Below, in pieces: positions 63,126-64,000 of a DNA stretch of 64,000 nucleotides. The DNA is taken from assembly GCF_001194135.2 (NCBI RefSeq), contig NC_068988.1:35912002-35976001 (forward strand), in the 5' to 3' direction. The DNA comes from Octopus bimaculoides (taxonomy: Eukaryota). The position numbers and the translations under genes were made by a program. Below the pieces are notes generated by a model that made no database searches, was not told the origin of the DNA, and worked only from the letters and a program-made list of their open reading frames with translations. Within the stretch, counting starts at the first letter, position 1. Each line of letters starts with the position of its first letter.

Positions 63126-63168
63126 CAGTGACTTCGAAGTTTCGACCACTCAAACCATTGTCAGGCTG
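63126..63168 (-). ncRNA. Degenerate type I hammerhead-like motif (HHR-5)
   Basis: CAGC-CUGACAA-U-GGUU-(UGAGU)-GGUC-GAAA-CUUCGAAG-UC-ACUG. Helix III is the 10-nt palindrome ACUUCGAAGU with a GUC site; G8 is changed to A; helix II is mostly wobble pairs. Confidence 0.55.
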
Positions 63169-64000
63169 TGGTACATTGAAGTTAATCTTGGCTTTATATA
63201 TTCTCTGTTGGGTTGAAATCTTCCGTGCGTGTTTGGAAGTGGACTGATAATTAGGTATAGGGAGGTTGTTATGGAGAGGTGTTTCGGAGAAATATTTATT
63301 GATTTATTTATATATGTAGAACATAGGAACCAGATGGGCACATTTAAGTGTGTCTGACTAAAATCCATCACCTGTAGAAATTTGCTATTTAGTAGCGTGC
63401 TTGGAGAATGTAAAAGATCGCACCTTAACTTTCACTTAAGTATATAAACATATCTAGCAACACGGTGTAACTAAGACAATTATCGACGAATACAAGTTCC
63501 TTTACGTGAAGGATGCGTTGCAAAGATTTCTTCTTCGGCAAGAAGGGAAGAAAAATGATTCTCAGCAACTCAATGATACTCTTGAAACGTGAAGTTATAT
63601 CACTGAGAAACCTACTACCCAAAGGACACGTGACACCATTATTGGAGGAAGTGTATCAAAAAAAAAAAAAAGATGTAGAATTTGGGAAATATCTAAGAAA
63701 ACACAACCAGCAAAATCTGAATAAAAATAATATATAAATCCAAAAGAGCACCAGGCATTTTAGTAGCTGTGTATAAAAAGGAGTGAAATGACAAGAGGAT
63801 CTAACGAAGGATTTATGTAAGAAATTACCTGAAGAGGTGAATTTTATATGTTGAATATGTAACAATAATTACTCAAAATTTAACCGTTGCACTACATAGT
63901 AAAAACAATAGAGAGTTTTTAAATAAAATGTAAATTCCATTTTCTATCGACTATATATTTATATAATCTCTACAGATGCTACAGAATTCCTGATGTATAT

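Overview
AT-rich, microsatellite-dense animal genomic DNA with about 18 N-gaps. The repeat families look like those I recall from octopus (coleoid cephalopod) assemblies; this is an inference, not a database result. I could not identify any host protein-coding gene with confidence, only isolated low-confidence exon candidates. Most long ORFs in the track are N-gap or microsatellite artefacts. The window is a decayed-transposon landscape: seven fragments of R4/Dong-like RT+REL non-LTR retrotransposons, most of them abutting trinucleotide tracts; three CR1-like LINE pieces; one zinc-knuckle ORF1 remnant; a near-complete mariner; a foldback mariner derivative; Penelope-like (GIY-YIG) remnants; and several tRNA-derived SINE families. 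The most interesting signal is non-coding. Five different type I hammerhead-ribozyme-like motifs (CUGANGA ... GAAA ... NUH) occur at about 3.6, 26.6, 47.1, 59.4 and 63.1 kb, plus one core-deleted derivative at 22.06 kb. Three have self-complementary helix III sequences (ACGU, ACAGCUGU, ACUUCGAAGU), and all carry extra nucleotide(s) after A9. One lies inside a 560-bp non-coding element bounded by about 132-bp inverted repeats. These motifs resemble Penelope/retrozyme-type hammerheads. Most copies carry core mutations and are probably inactive.
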